A DNA stretch of 63,226 nucleotides, counting the filler, from Bigelowiella natans CCMP2755 (taxonomy: Eukaryota > Protista > Cercozoa): assembly GCA_000320545.1 (NCBI GenBank). It is 6 parts of 6 records of this genome, joined end to end, with 100 filler letters (N's around TTAATTAATTAA, not from the genome) between each part and the next. Parts side by side here need not be neighbours in the genome. Positions count along the whole stretch, not along the records: positions 1 to 18,163 come from ADNK01001317.1; positions 18,264 to 46,167 come from ADNK01001503.1; 4 more parts are not named here. One strand, 5' to 3'. How positions within the stretch are numbered: position 1 is the first letter of the stretch; each line of letters starts with the position of its first letter. Shown here piece by piece: positions 11,426 to 24,072 of the stretch. A program made the position numbers and the translations under genes. The notes beneath the pieces are model-generated. The model saw only the letters and a list, made by a program, of their open reading frames with translations, searched no databases and had not been told where the DNA came from.

Positions 11426-14400
11426 ATGGATCAAGGGAACTTATTTGGGTCTCAGGAGGAGACAAGTGACCATGTTGGGGAAGCTGAGGGCAAAGGGACC
11501 GAGATAGGAAATTCGGAAGTTTCGACGGGAGGCTATGGGCTTCGGGATGGCATCCCGGTGGCTCAGCCCGTGGCTTCTGAGCGAAAGTATAAGCTTGGAA
11601 CGGGCGCCCGGTCTTCCCTGACTATGGAGGAAGTTCTGGAGCAGTTTGGGGACTTAGGTGTTTACGATGCCCGAAGAGTTGCAAAATTTGTTTTGCACTG
11701 CGACGGGATCGATAAGGGCGTTGATAACTTGGTTAAAATGGTAGCTAATGACCCAGAGTCCAGAGAGTTTGTATTTTATCGTTGTGTGGATAAAGGGGTA
11801 ACTGTACGTACTTGGGCCTACATGCTCAAGAAGTGTAGGGACCCGGATTATGCTCCGCCAGGCATGGCGGAGCCGATGGAGCGGAAGGCTAGGCTGCAGC
11901 CTTCGGTCAGGGATATTACGGGTGCTATCGATTCGTTTCGACGGCACTGCCCTATTAAAGGCAAGCTGTGTGTGGCTACTATGAGCCCGGCACAGTTCCG
12001 TAGGAAAGCTCGTGGGCTTTATAATGAAATTAAAGCACACGCTGCTCTGGTCGGTCAAGCCGACTTGGGGTTTGGTTATAAATATTTCCAGACGTGCTTA
12101 TCCTCTCATACGCTTGAGAGGCTACGTCGGGAAGCAGTAAGGAACCGGTATGCCTCCGAGAGCCCGGAGGACCAGTTTGAAATGGCCCTGGAGCATCTCT
12201 GCGATGAGGAGGATAAGGAAAAGCTTCAGCGGGACTTCGAGGATAAGCTCGACTTTCTCCGGCGGAAGCGGTATCATTACGTGGACGTGATACACCGGCA
12301 GTTTAGCGAGCTTCTTCTAGAGTTTGCTGGGCTACGTTTTAGTCATACTAACAAGCTGCGATACTTCCGGCGCTTGTTGGTAGGGCATCGGTTATATGAT
12401 AGGTTCATCGCGCCACTCAACGGGTTTCGCCCGTATGATGTGGATGAGCTTGTTAAGTTCTTGAGGCCACTGGAGGAGAGCTATTATAAATTTACGGCTC
12501 ACCCTCTCCATGCTAATGCCTCTACGGTTACAGGACCCGCTGTGCAACGCGAATGCGTGCATTTTAAGCGCGGGAAGTGTAAATATGGCGATAAGTGCAA
12601 ATTTTTGCATATCAAGCAAAATGTACAAAGTAAGAAGGTTTCTAAGAAGTATACGCCTGAGCAACTTTCTAGGATGAAAACCCAGGACTGTAGGCTTTTC
12701 CAGAAAGGTAAATGCCATTATGGAGATAAGTGTAAGTTTCTCCATAATGCTGGGAGTTTAAAACCTGTTGGAGGGGCACCTGTCGGTTTAGCCTCTCATA
12801 CCTGTGAGGAATCAGCCGATGCTCCCAAGCAGAATATGGAAGCATCGCTCCTACAGGTTAATTCCCAGTCACTTCCTAACTTAATAAAGGAAAGTGAGCG
12901 TCGTCACTACGAACGAGACCCAAGTTTGAGGTCTCGGAAGAAAGTTAAATGCTTCCTGCAGGCGGATGACGGCGCCGTTGCAGTACTTGGATTAATCGAC
13001 GATGGCGCTCAACCTACTACCATTTCAGAGGCTCTATACCAAAAGTTAAAGTCCTCTGGTGTTAGGTTTGGATATAGGCCGATGGTAGGTGAGGTGGGTG
13101 GCCTTAATTCATCGATTAAAAATAAAATTCTGCGGGAGGTCGATTTTACCGTCCAGATTAAAAAATACAAGAAGCATGGAGCATATGTTAAACTCCGTAT
13201 TTGTGCTCTGGTATTATCTGGACCGGTCTCGCAGGACTTCGTATTGGGAATAGGTACCCTTAACATGAATGGCATTAATTCTGTTAAGGATCCTGACCCT
13301 GTAAAGCGAGTTGTCACCATTAATGGTGAAATCGTAAATTCATACCCCTGCAGCGTCGACGTGCTTTCGGCGACTGTCGTTACAGTTATGGGGATGGATA
13401 TGCCTCCGATGGCGGCAGCTCCCGGCGAGATTTGTAGTATGGATACAAATGCCGTGGGAGAATTGCCGGGGGAGGAGGAGGTGTCGTCTGTAGTTCGAAA
13501 AGAACTACGTAATACAGTGGATCATGATTTCGTAAATAATCATGATGATATAATTAAAGCACAGGATTTGCCTGATATCGATGTTAAATCGATGGCAAAT
13601 CCCATCGAATCTGATGGAGTGCTTCTCCAGCGGTTATCCAGTATTGTACCGTTGTCGGAGTTTGGCGACCAGCGTGAGGTTGCTAACTCAGACTTGGTAA
13701 GCGGGCACGTGCTGGACATGCTTGATCGCCTGGAGCGCGAGATGGTTACGAAGGAGAGCTTGCTGCCTGGTTTACAGCAATTCTATTATCTTCGTACTAT
13801 CATATGCCGCTTCCGGAAGTATTTTGTGATAAAACTACCGGAGGTGGGCAAGTATAAATTACGGGAACCGCATGATATTAAGCGATGGCTGAAGCCGGGC
13901 TGCAAGCCGGTTCGCCAGCGGCCTTATCATTTGGAGCCGAATAAACTTAAGCTTATGAAGCTCAAGCTCGACCAAATGGTAAGTGATGGGTTATGTTATA
14001 AGGTAACAAATAATACTTCAGAGTGGGCGTCGCCAGCTTTCTGTGTATATGACAAAGGAAAAGCATTACCACGCGTCGTGGTGGCGATGGGCCGCCTGAA
14101 TAAGCTCGTGGAGCTTATGTATGCTGTTTGCCCTGTAACTCGGGATACAGTAAGAAAATTAATGAATGCTCAATGGGTTATAGTCTCTGATAGTAAAGCT
14201 GCATGGAGACAGCTTGGTATGACCGAGTTTACAAAATTGGTATTTGTATTCGTTACTCTTTTCGCGTCATTCGCGAGCGAGGGCCTACCGATGGGGTACA
14301 AGAATGCTCCTCAAGTATGGGTCGAGGAAATGGCTACAAGGTTCCTTGTTGGGATACCAGATACTGTTATGCACTTCGACGACTTCTTTACTATAGGCCA

Positions 14401-16863
14401 GTCGCCGATGCAAGCGCTTGTAGGTTTCGCTAAATTTATGCAACAGTGTGAAAAATATAACAATTATCAAAGTGCTACTAAATTGCATATTTTTCCAAAG
14501 CGACTTGCGGCAGTAGGTTTGATCAAGGAGGCGAAGACGCACTACCCAGATCCTAAGCGTACGATTGCTATAGACAAGCTAGAGCGTCCAATAAAGGGGA
14601 GGCGGTTCTTAAAGCATGTGCGCCGTCTTATTGGTTTATTCATTTATTATTTGGAATACATGAAAGGCTTCTGGCAGATCGCTGCGCCAATCAAGGATTT
14701 GCTTATGCAGGGAGCTGCTCAAGTATGGACGGATAAGCATGATAAAGCTTTGGATACATTAAAAGGCATGCTAAAGAAGGCGGTATTGTATGTGCCTGAT
14801 TATGAAGCTATATCTATAAGCCAACCCTTCATCCTTGACACTGACGCGTCTGATGTTGCGGGAGGTGCTACGCTTTCCCAGGTAATTGGAGGGAGCGAGC
14901 GTTTACTGGCTTGCTACTCGTTCGCTTGGAAAACGAACGAGAGAAGCTGGCATATTGTACGTAAAGAGCTTACGGCTGGGGCGAAGGGGCTTTACAGGTT
15001 CCAGCATATTACGAAAGGCTGCCCGATTTTGATTCGCATGGATGCGAAAACGGCTCGTTATTTCGCTCTCCATGGAATGGATAAAATGCAGCTGCCTTAT
15101 ACAAGATTAAGTGCAGCATACTCTGGATATCCGCTGGTGGATATCCAATATAGAAAGGGGGAAAAGCACACTAATGTGGACCCTTTCTCGCGGCCAGACG
15201 CCGACGAAACGCGCGACGAAAGAAAGTCGCATCGTCAGTCGTTGGCCTCTCTTTTCCCGATGCATGCGGAGGCGGCGAAGCAGGAGGAAAAGCTGGTGGA
15301 GTCTGTAGCTTCTCTCTCCTCTTGCTTAGCTAATGAGACGATGATTGACTATAATGTCCCTCATCTCTCTGTTTATTCTGTAGAGTTACAGCCTTGGGCG
15401 TGCTGTGCTACAGAGGTCCAGATATCGACGACGCTGTCTAATATTAATTTGGAGCAGCAGCGTCCCGATTTTAAGAAAATTATCGATGCTCTCGAGGACG
15501 AGAAGAATGCTAATCATCTTCTCGTTTCCTCTAAATATAAAATAGCTTCTGGTAAGCTATATCACATGGGCTCCTTCCAAATTGGAGGAGATATACCGCT
15601 GCAACTCTGTGTACCTTCTGATAAACGCCAGGAGGTGTTGCAGGCGTATCATGTGGATAATATGGCGAATCATCGTAATGCTGATGATCTCGCAAAGAAG
15701 ATTCTACGCGGCTATTACTGGGTTGGAGTCCAGAAAGCCTGCCGTAGATTTGTAAGGCAGTGTCAGGTCTGCATACGTACTAAAACGCGTATGAAGCAGG
15801 CGCCTTACTTACAGCATGGCGACCGGGAAATTAATGGCACGATTGCAGTGGATACAATCGGCCCTGTCGACGGCGCTAAGCATTACATACAGACGCTCTG
15901 CGTTATGGCTATTGGTTATATATATACAAGGGCGGTGAAGCGTATTAGCTCAGCGCGTACGGCGGATTTTATCATGTCGTATATACTAAAACACGGATGC
16001 CCAAAGCAAATTATTATTGACCAAGGGCCAGAGAACGTGGGTAAAATTATGCAGCATTTACAAAATCGGCTGCGGCTTAAATTTATCAAGATATCTGCTA
16101 AAAATAGCCAGGGAAACTCAGTATTAGAGCGGAAGCATCGACCTATTAATAATGGGATTATGGCGATGCTCTGCAAAATGTTGAGGATCGGCACAACTGG
16201 CATAAATATTTGGAGATGATAACATTTAGTGTGAATACCACAATCGATAAGTGTGGTTATTCCCCGGCTCACCTCATGTTCGGATATCAGCCAAAGTTCG
16301 TGGCTGATATGGAGAGCAAGTCGGTGGCGGCTCCAGGGACCGGGGACCTCGATAAGAGGATCCAAGATCTGGAAAAGATGCGGCTGTTGTATGCTACTAT
16401 GAAAGAGGATTATAAATTAGTGAAAAATTTCACGAGGAACGAGAAGCTTAATACTCAAGACGAATATAAAGTAGGGGATATGGTGTGGCTTTTCCGCAAG
16501 GAAAATCGTAAAGAAAATGCTGTTACGAAAAAATATGAAATTAAAAAGACTGGCCCTGTGACTATCGTGGCCAGGAGTAGCAGATCCCATACCTATCAAA
16601 TTATTGACCCGAAAACGGGGTATAATAATAATGTACACGCGAAATATCTTTCGCCTTATGGTACATTTACCCCGTTACCAGAAGTGCGCCCGGTAGCTCC
16701 AGATGTAGAGGAGAAATTTGCTGCCGACGAGAATGAGGCTTCGGATGGTTCCTCAGACTCGTCGGATTCCCAGGGGCCTTCTGGTAACCGAATTTCGCGG
16801 GATAACATCGTCCGGGGTAAACGTAATAGGAGACCGGCGGATATAGGTCCGTATATTTCGTAG
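11426..16863 (+). CDS. Gag-Pol polyprotein of element 1 with one frameshift at about 16175-16178
   Basis: 1597-aa ORF with two CCCH fingers, protease LIDDGA, RT (EWASPAFCV, LPMGYKNAP, HFDD), RNase H (LDTDASD), integrase HHCC and D-D-E (VDT, IDQG, LERK). The integrase continues in another frame (NWHKYLEMITFSVNT..GYSPAHLMFG..GPVTI) to 16863. Confidence 0.93.
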
Positions 16864-17020
16864 ATTTTGTATTTTCGCAAATATATGCTACGGTATAACT
16901 ATGTGTCTAGATGTGCAAAGCTGGTGCAAAATTTTTCTTTTCTTCCCTTTTCTTCTAATTTTCTTTTATTTGTCTCGCATCGTCCGGTGTTGTTATTATT
17001 GAGTTAGGGGTGCAAAAATT

Positions 17021-17035
17021 GGGGGGGGGGGGTAG
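17021..17035 (+). promoter_or_regulatory. Polypurine tract of element 1
   Basis: G12 followed by TAG immediately before the TG of the 3' LTR. Confidence 0.85.
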
Positions 17036-17630
17036 TGTGGTCAGTTTGCGACCACCAAATGCATGTAAGCGCGCATGTACATGCATAGCATAAATGGTAG
17101 TGCATGCTGTGCTTTATTATATCTTACATTTGCATGTGAGCATGTTTATATAGGTTCAGGCTATCGTTCCTGTGCCTTAGTTAGTCATATAGGGGCATGT
17201 AACGTGAGTTACATGCCCGGAAATACAGTTATAGGAGGGGGCACGTGCAACTGGGAACATCCTTCTCGGTTGTTTCCCCAACCGTGGATGTTCCTAGGAG
17301 CACCCTCGGTATTTTACTTACGACATGGAGTCGGCCTACGTATTGTAATATTATAGGGGAAAATGGCCTACATTTTCCCTAATATTTTGGGCAACTGCTG
17401 CTGCGTAGCATGTTGCTGCTGGGGACGCTGTGTGCCCAGCACATGATGTGTATTGGCGCGCAACGCGCTAGTTTAGCACACTCTAAAAGACCCGCAAGCA
17501 AGCGGTAAGCTTTCTCCTTTGGTAGTTTGCTCATGCATGCTCATGTCATGTTATCTATTCAACAGGGTTTTAGTTTTGTGGATTTAAAGCATTGTAAAAG
17601 CATACATTGCACAGTTGTGTTGTTAGCGCG
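17036..17630 (+). repeat. 3' LTR of element 1 (terminal bases missing)
   Basis: Matches 10788 onward up to GTTGTTAGCGC, then fuses to a further LTR copy. Confidence 0.92.
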
Positions 17631-18163
17631 CAGTTTGCGACCACCAAATGCATGTAAGCGCGCATGTACATGCATAGCATAAATGGTAGTGCATGCTGTG
17701 CTTTATTATATCTTACATTTGCATGTGAGCATGTTTATATAGGTTCAGGCTATCGTTCCTGTGCCTTAGTTAGTCATATAGGGGCATGTAACGTGAGTTA
17801 CATGCCCGGAAATACAGTTATAGGAGGGGGCACGTGCAACTGGGAACATCCTTCTCGGTTGTTTCCCCAACCGTGGATGTTCCTAGGAGCACCCTCGGTA
17901 TTTTACTTACGACATGGAGTCGGCCTACGTATTGTAATATTATAGGGGAAAATGGCCTACATTTTCCCTAATATTTTGGGCAACTGCTGCTGCGTAGCAT
18001 GTTGCTGCTGGGGACGCTGTGTGCCCAGCACATGATGTGTATTGGCGCGCAACGCGCTAGTTTAGCACACTCTAAAAGACCCGCAAGCAAGCGGTAAGCT
18101 TTCTCCTTTGGTAGTTTGCTCATGCATGCTCATGTCATGTTATCTATTCAACAGGGTTTTAGT
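17631..18163 (+). repeat. Third, tandem LTR copy lacking the first 6 nt and truncated by the gap
   Basis: Restarts at CAGTTTGCGACCACC; 589-bp period shown by the identical 93-aa ORFs at 17075 and 17664. Confidence 0.85.
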
Positions 18164-18263
18164 NNNNNNNNNNNNNNNNNNNNNNNNNNNNNNNNNNNNN
18201 NNNNNNNTTAATTAATTAANNNNNNNNNNNNNNNNNNNNNNNNNNNNNNNNNNNNNNNNNNNN
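18164..18263. other. Artificial contig linker (N-run, TTAATTAATTAA, N-run)
   Basis: The same 100-nt linker occurs five times and has stops in all frames. Confidence 0.98.
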
Positions 18264-18302
18264 TCAAACAAAAATCGATTTGTTGTGTAACATACACACA
18301 CA

Positions 18303-18337
<35 letters not shown>

Positions 18338-18493
18338 CACATCCTCAGTTACGCTCGGGCCTTTACCCCACTCACACACATGAATGTCGAGTACAAACCA
18401 TTACGCACACGCCTCCACCGCCACCAACTCTCCGTAGTTGGGGGAGTGCTCGACCATCGCGTCGAAGAAGGACCCTTCCCAGCTGCCACACAT

Positions 18494-18548
<55 letters not shown>

Positions 18549-18704
18549 CACATAGTTATTTGGAATAAATGCTAATCCGCACTCACAATCGTATTCAGCT
18601 TTATCACTTATGATGCTTACATATTCAGGCATCTTCATCATCAAAACCGTGTGTATCTACTTTCCAGCGTGTGTGTAGTTCTATGTGCATTGGTGTTTCG
18701 CGTG

Positions 18705-18743
<39 letters not shown>

Positions 18744-19865
18744 TGTCGTGTATTAAGATCACATCGAGCTCTGCGCTCCGCAGTCTTCGTTCCTCGTTGC
18801 TGCTGCTCCTTCTAAATGGCATGCATATTGTGTGTGTGTGTGTGTGTGTGATTGTGACATCGAGGACAGAAAGACGATTACATTCGAAGATACTGCTCGT
18901 TCTATTGGTCTACTCACTGCTACTACGACTACTGCTACTTCTACTACTACTACTTAGTAGTAGTACTTGCGAGTTGTCCCTTATTGCTTCTTTGAACTGC
19001 TCAATCGCGAGGTCCGTGTTACGTTCCATCACTTCATTCATCTTCTTCGAGTCTCCGCTGCACAGTATGATGAGTCTCAGTGGCACTTGAACCATGCGCA
19101 CGTAAGAGAACACATATCTCGAAAAGATGTCGGTTTCTCTCTTTGTTCTATGTGCATGTGAGTGTGCGCGTGCAATCGAGCGCTCGGTCGGCGATTGGAA
19201 AACGAATAGAATCAAAATTAGAAGGGTGAATGTCAACTCCTAGTATCTGTGCGGAATTCTAGAACACTAGTCAGCTAAGCGTGACCTATAAAACTCTGGA
19301 GGCATAAATCGGTAGCGGTCGTTCTGCTTGTCGTATTCGCAGCTCTTTAAAAGGGATTCGAAGTCTCCCATCTCCTGTTTGGCCATGTTTGGGGGGGTTA
19401 TCATGAGATTCTTGGAGATTTCGCACGTCACCGAGTATTCGGCTTTCAAGCAACTGATAACTGCTGTATTCTCGCTACTTCTATCCCTATCTTTCCCACA
19501 TCTCTACGTGGACGGTTCGCTTCGAAATCATGCAAAGTACACCAGGCAGCAGGTTTGTCGCATCCCTCTCCAGTCTTATCCGCTACATCAAGAATCTATT
19601 CTGGCGTTGTGTACGTCTCACCTCGTCAGAGCTCGAAGAGCGGAGGGGCCTCCTCGCTGGGAGGAAGAACATGCCGCCGCCATCGCTATACGCGCTCAAG
19701 AAACTCGATACTGACAACGCAAACGGGTTGGGGCAGATTGAGACATGGGGGGGGATAGAGGGGCAGGCACTGTCGCCAATAATCATAGCTCAAGTAGTTA
19801 CCAAAGATTCCAAATAATGCAGTGAGTCTCAGTATTCGTCGAAGTCGTTCATCAGAGGCAGCCAT
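18264..19865 (-). CDS. Hypothetical multi-exon protein with N-terminal signal-like segment; 3' end uncertain
   Basis: MAASDERLRRILRLTALFGIF / VSSFLSAYS, later exons KAEYSVTCEISKNLMITPPNM..YRFMPPEFY and VPLRLIILCSGDSKKMNEVMERN bounded by GT-AG. No family recognised. Confidence 0.5.
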
Positions 19866-20226
19866 TCCGGCTTCTCTCTCTGGCGATCCGAAGCAGCGGC
19901 AGCAGTTGATCAGAGGGGGATAGACCGTAGAGTCTATTTTAGAAAAATTGATTATAGATACATCCGGTTAATGAACACTGTAATTTCGTCGAGACAATCA
20001 TCCGATATTGAAGAAAAATCAGGATAATCTCGTCTATATTTCATCGTCGTCCTCAGTCAGGTTAAGCGCAAAAAAGGGTCCAGATGCCGGAGAGGCCCAC
20101 GTGAGTTCGGTAATCATAGATTCAGTGCTACGACTTACAATCCTTTGTGTCGCACAATAAAATCGGCCACATTTTACTTCGAACACTCAAAATCGGGAAA
20201 TATTTACTTCGAAGTTTGTTCCTCCG

Positions 20227-21012
20227 ATGCCTCCCCCCTCTATTGTGCTCTTCGGCGATTCGATAACCCAGCGCTCGTTCAGCGTCGGCGGCTGGGGCCA
20301 GCGCATGGCCAACGAGTATGTTCGCAGAGCAGACGTGCTAAACCGAGGGTTTTCGGGCTACAATACGGGTAAATTGTTGTAAGTTTTATTCAAAGCCACC
20401 GCAATAATGGGTCAGATATGTGCCGAATCTCTCATTCCAGATTGGGCGCTTTTCACCCTCCACGACGTGTTCGCGAAGGGGAGTGCGAAGCCTGCGCTCA
20501 TCACAGTGTCTTTCGGAGCGAACGACGCGTGCAATCCAAAGTACCCCCCATCTTCTTCCACTGGTCTCTTCGAATCAGAAGCAGCTGGAGGAGGCTTCAG
20601 TGTTGTTTTTTCACTTCTTCTTCTTCTCTCAGGGTTGTGGAACGCCAGCATGTGCCCCTCGAGAAATATAAAACGAATCTTAAGAAGATTCTCCAGCATA
20701 TTGCTACAGTGTATGGAAAGGGAGGTGGTTCGGCAAGGTTTGCATACTACGAGATAACAGCCCGTGAAGTAGCCATGAGTGCGGACATGTGACACTTGCT
20801 TAGGACTGTGGTTATCACTCCTCCCCCTGTGGATGTGGAGGCGCGGCTTAAATTTCAGAAGGAACAGTACGGGGATAAAGCCATAGGAGTCGCACCGGTT
20901 GCACGAGAACGGCATAATAACATACAATTCTCTATTTAATTATAAATGATATATTTATGTATGAATATATTTAGAAAAATATATATATCCATGTGTGTGT
21001 ATGTGTGTATGT

Positions 21013-21049
<37 letters not shown>

Positions 21050-21253
21050 CATTCATCTCATTGATGGCTAACACAGAGGAGTATGGAATGGGCTAATATG
21101 TATGCGAAAGCTGCTGATAGGTAGCAATGGGTAGTAGAAGTAGTGGTTGTTGTTGTTGTTGTTTTTGTTGTTATAGGATAGAAGATAGTCCTCCCTAGCA
21201 TATGAAAACCAATTCTATCACCATTGTGCTCAATGATATACAGAGTTGAGATG

Positions 21254-21294
<41 letters not shown>

Positions 21295-21894
21295 TTGGTG
21301 CATGACGACATAGCACCTTACTTTGTTGATGCACGACTGATGGTTATGCAGCGTAGCAGCGGAGCTGAAGGTGCCTTCTCTCAACTTGTGCGAATTGATG
21401 ACGGCCAGCACCAACTGGAAGGTGCAGGAGAGCAAACTTTTGTGAGATAGTATAGTCGTTCAAGATCTAGCGATGGATTCGTAAAATTAGATGTCAGCCC
21501 AACCGATAACGGTGTAGAAGCTACAGCTGTACTGCGTTCGTTCATCGTTAACGGCATAGTAGCTATACTATGTTTTCCGCCCATCGCAACAACATCGGAC
21601 TAATATTGTCCACCGCATTCTGGTGAATAGTGTCGTTATTTTGGCCTCTCAGTCGCATTTGAAATGATGGCTTTGATCGCAATGATTGGTTCATTACGTT
21701 TTTCCCCAATGATGCACTAACATGATCGTTTTCGGCTCTAGTCGTACCTGAACGACGGTTTGCACTTGTCACCGGAGGGGAATGAGGTTTGGTTTCGATT
21801 GAGATGTGTCAGGCACTGATGAGAGTTATTGCACAAAATGTATGATGAATATTTCTCGAGGATAAGTATACGTTTGTGTGTGAGTGTTTGTGCA

Positions 21895-21925
<31 letters not shown>

Positions 21926-21928
21926 ATT

Positions 21929-21966
<38 letters not shown>

Positions 21967-22622
21967 TGTGTGTGTGTATATGGAAATACTTTTGTAACAA
22001 CGATGTTTTCTTACATCAGTTTGTCTTCAAGGCCCTCCGAGACTTGATAAGGTACAAATAATAACCGAAGCAAGTGCGTTTATTACACCATAGTGTCATC
22101 GTTGCAATTAAGTCCTCTACCAAACATTTGTTTTGCTGTTGATAGTAAAATGCATACACGCGTCATTGAACAAGACAATATATTGCTAAAAGAACATATA
22201 GAAATAAATCATCCATTTCTCCGATATATCTCTTGAGATTTCTCAATGCGTGAGTTGTGCGAACATCGTATTTACTGCATTGGCAGAAAATATAAGTAAA
22301 CATGTACTGCATGATTATATACAACCCCTTCAACGTCTCTTCGGCTCTTCTCTTAGGAAAGAATATCCTGAAATCTCGATCACGAATACGAAAGGGGGGG
22401 GTACCGTCTGCAAGAGGCTGCCGAAATACTTCCCATGGTAAAAACAATTCACAATGTGGAATATGAGATGATGAGAAATGAATTATTCGAACTTGGTAAT
22501 GATGCGTTTGGCCATATGTATGTGCGAAGAAAACAAAGTGCCTTGAGATTTATTTCTGCGGTATTTAAAGGCACAGCGAGATCGACTACAAAGACCCGGC
22601 AAGTGCGTTCCAAGACAAGTGA
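20227..22622 (+). CDS. IAH1: SGNH/GDSL esterase, isoamyl-acetate-hydrolysing esterase 1 homolog, multi-exon
   Basis: IVLFGDSITQRSFSVGGWG, RRADVLNRGFSGYNT, VSFGANDA, QHVPLEKYKTNL, VITPPPVD, YLNDGLHLSPEGN, and C-terminal FPWHSEID. Confidence 0.93.
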
Positions 22623-23586
22623 ATTAAGTAGGGTTGGCGTAAATAACGACTTGGGTATAGGTATTACGTGATTTCCCACATTCCCCATCATTTTTGGATA
22701 TTTGGGTCTCGAGTTATTTATTCGGGGGCACCGTTTCAGTACCTCTGTCACGATTGACAGAATAAGCATATTTACACAGCTAGACAGACCTAGAGACGTG
22801 CAGCGTGGCGCAAAAATTTGAAGCGCTTGATAAAAGGCTTTACAGTTTTACACATACTAATAGCTCATTGGTCTGCTAGCCTGTTGGCGCTGGCTGCGCA
22901 GATTGATCGGTCACACACTCTAGAACTGCAATCAAGCTAGCAAGACACGATGACGTAGCAGCACACCGCATTTCTATTCTAGCATTGAGCGATCCTAGTA
23001 TCACGTATAAGCTTCAGCTAAATGTTCATGTTACATAAGCAATAACTGTCAATGAGCAATGCTATGCTGCATTTATTGATGGGGAGCGCGTGCATTACAT
23101 ATGGTTCCTGTGCGTCAACTGATGTTACAAAATGCTGCCAACATTAGCTAGCTAGCTAGCTAGCTATACATGTAGTTGTTGCCGCTTATGCAATTGCATG
23201 TACATCGATGGAGGAAGTAAATTGTCCTATGGGATAACACTAGATTTGTTGTATGTGCCAAGATGAGCTTTGGGGCATATGTACATAGTAGAAAAACCTT
23301 CATGCACACGATCTCACTGCTGGACTGCAAGCTAGCCAGATTAATTGAGTGAGTGTGTAAGCAGTTATTTGACACGTACATTAAGTCGGTACTGAAAGTG
23401 TGTTCTGTTGACGACCTATGCGCACTATCAGCGACATAAATGAAATTAAATTAAAGGACGGTCATATTAACACGTGTAGGGAGGCCTCAGGCATGGTTGG
23501 GGACGGGCGAAGAGACGTGAAAATGTGATGAAGAACGGAAGTCTTGCTTTGTATGTACTCTTCAATTTGCACATATAGATCAGCCA

Positions 23587-24072
23587 TTAAGCTGTTATAC
23601 GTCTGGGCGTCTTTGGTGAGATGACATTCTTTAGGAAATCTACTACGGCGACAGGATTTTCCGACTTTGATGTCGTTCTTCGCTTCCTCTTCCTCTTTTT
23701 CCGTGTGGATTCGAGGTCGATATTCAAATTCGATATTACACGCCTCGCAGGGTCGAGGTGTCGCTTGAGAGCTTGATTTGATATCCTGATTCGAGGGGGG
23801 GTCATCTCTGTGGCGCTCTTAGCTTCAGCTCTTGGTTTCAAAACGGGCGAGTCAACAGGTGTATCAGGGCCTCGCTCGGTGATTACCACAGCTTTTTCCC
23901 AATCGAAAAGTGAGGTCACGTGTACATCAGAGGGGGGGGTAAGAAGCATATCCTCCTCAAGCTTTTGACTCGTCAAATACAACGGCTGAAGAGTACTGAT
24001 CATCGGCTCTTCCGAAAATAAATCCATTGCGTCGAAGCTCAGATTCATAATGAACGAACGTGCGCTTCCCAC
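23587..24072 (-). CDS. Hypothetical protein with basic NLS-like stretch
   Basis: 161-codon non-repetitive ORF containing RKKRKRKRR, positioned between a tail spacer and a divergent promoter. No family recognised and the start is uncertain. Confidence 0.45.
   Translation of the reverse strand: MGSARSFIMNLSFDAMDLFSEEPMISTLQPLYLTSQKLEEDMLLTPPSDVHVTSLFDWEKAVVITERGPDTPVDSPVLKPRAEAKSATEMTPPRIRISNQALKRHLDPARRVISNLNIDLESTRKKRKRKRRTTSKSENPVAVVDFLKNVISPKTPRRITA

Larger units (their letters stand above)
10788..18163 (+). mobile_element. Ty3/Gypsy LTR retrotransposon 1, near full length; 3' end runs into a gap
   Basis: LTR, PBS, gag-PR-RT-RNaseH-IN, PPT, LTR. Integrase follows RNase H (Gypsy order). 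LTR copies look identical by eye. Confidence 0.96.

Noticed and set aside
10827-17945. Identical 93-aa ORF three times
   Set aside because: Lies wholly within the LTR copies with no protein features.
18208-18219. TTAATTAATTAA palindrome repeated five times
   Set aside because: Always embedded in fixed-length N-runs; an artificial contig spacer.
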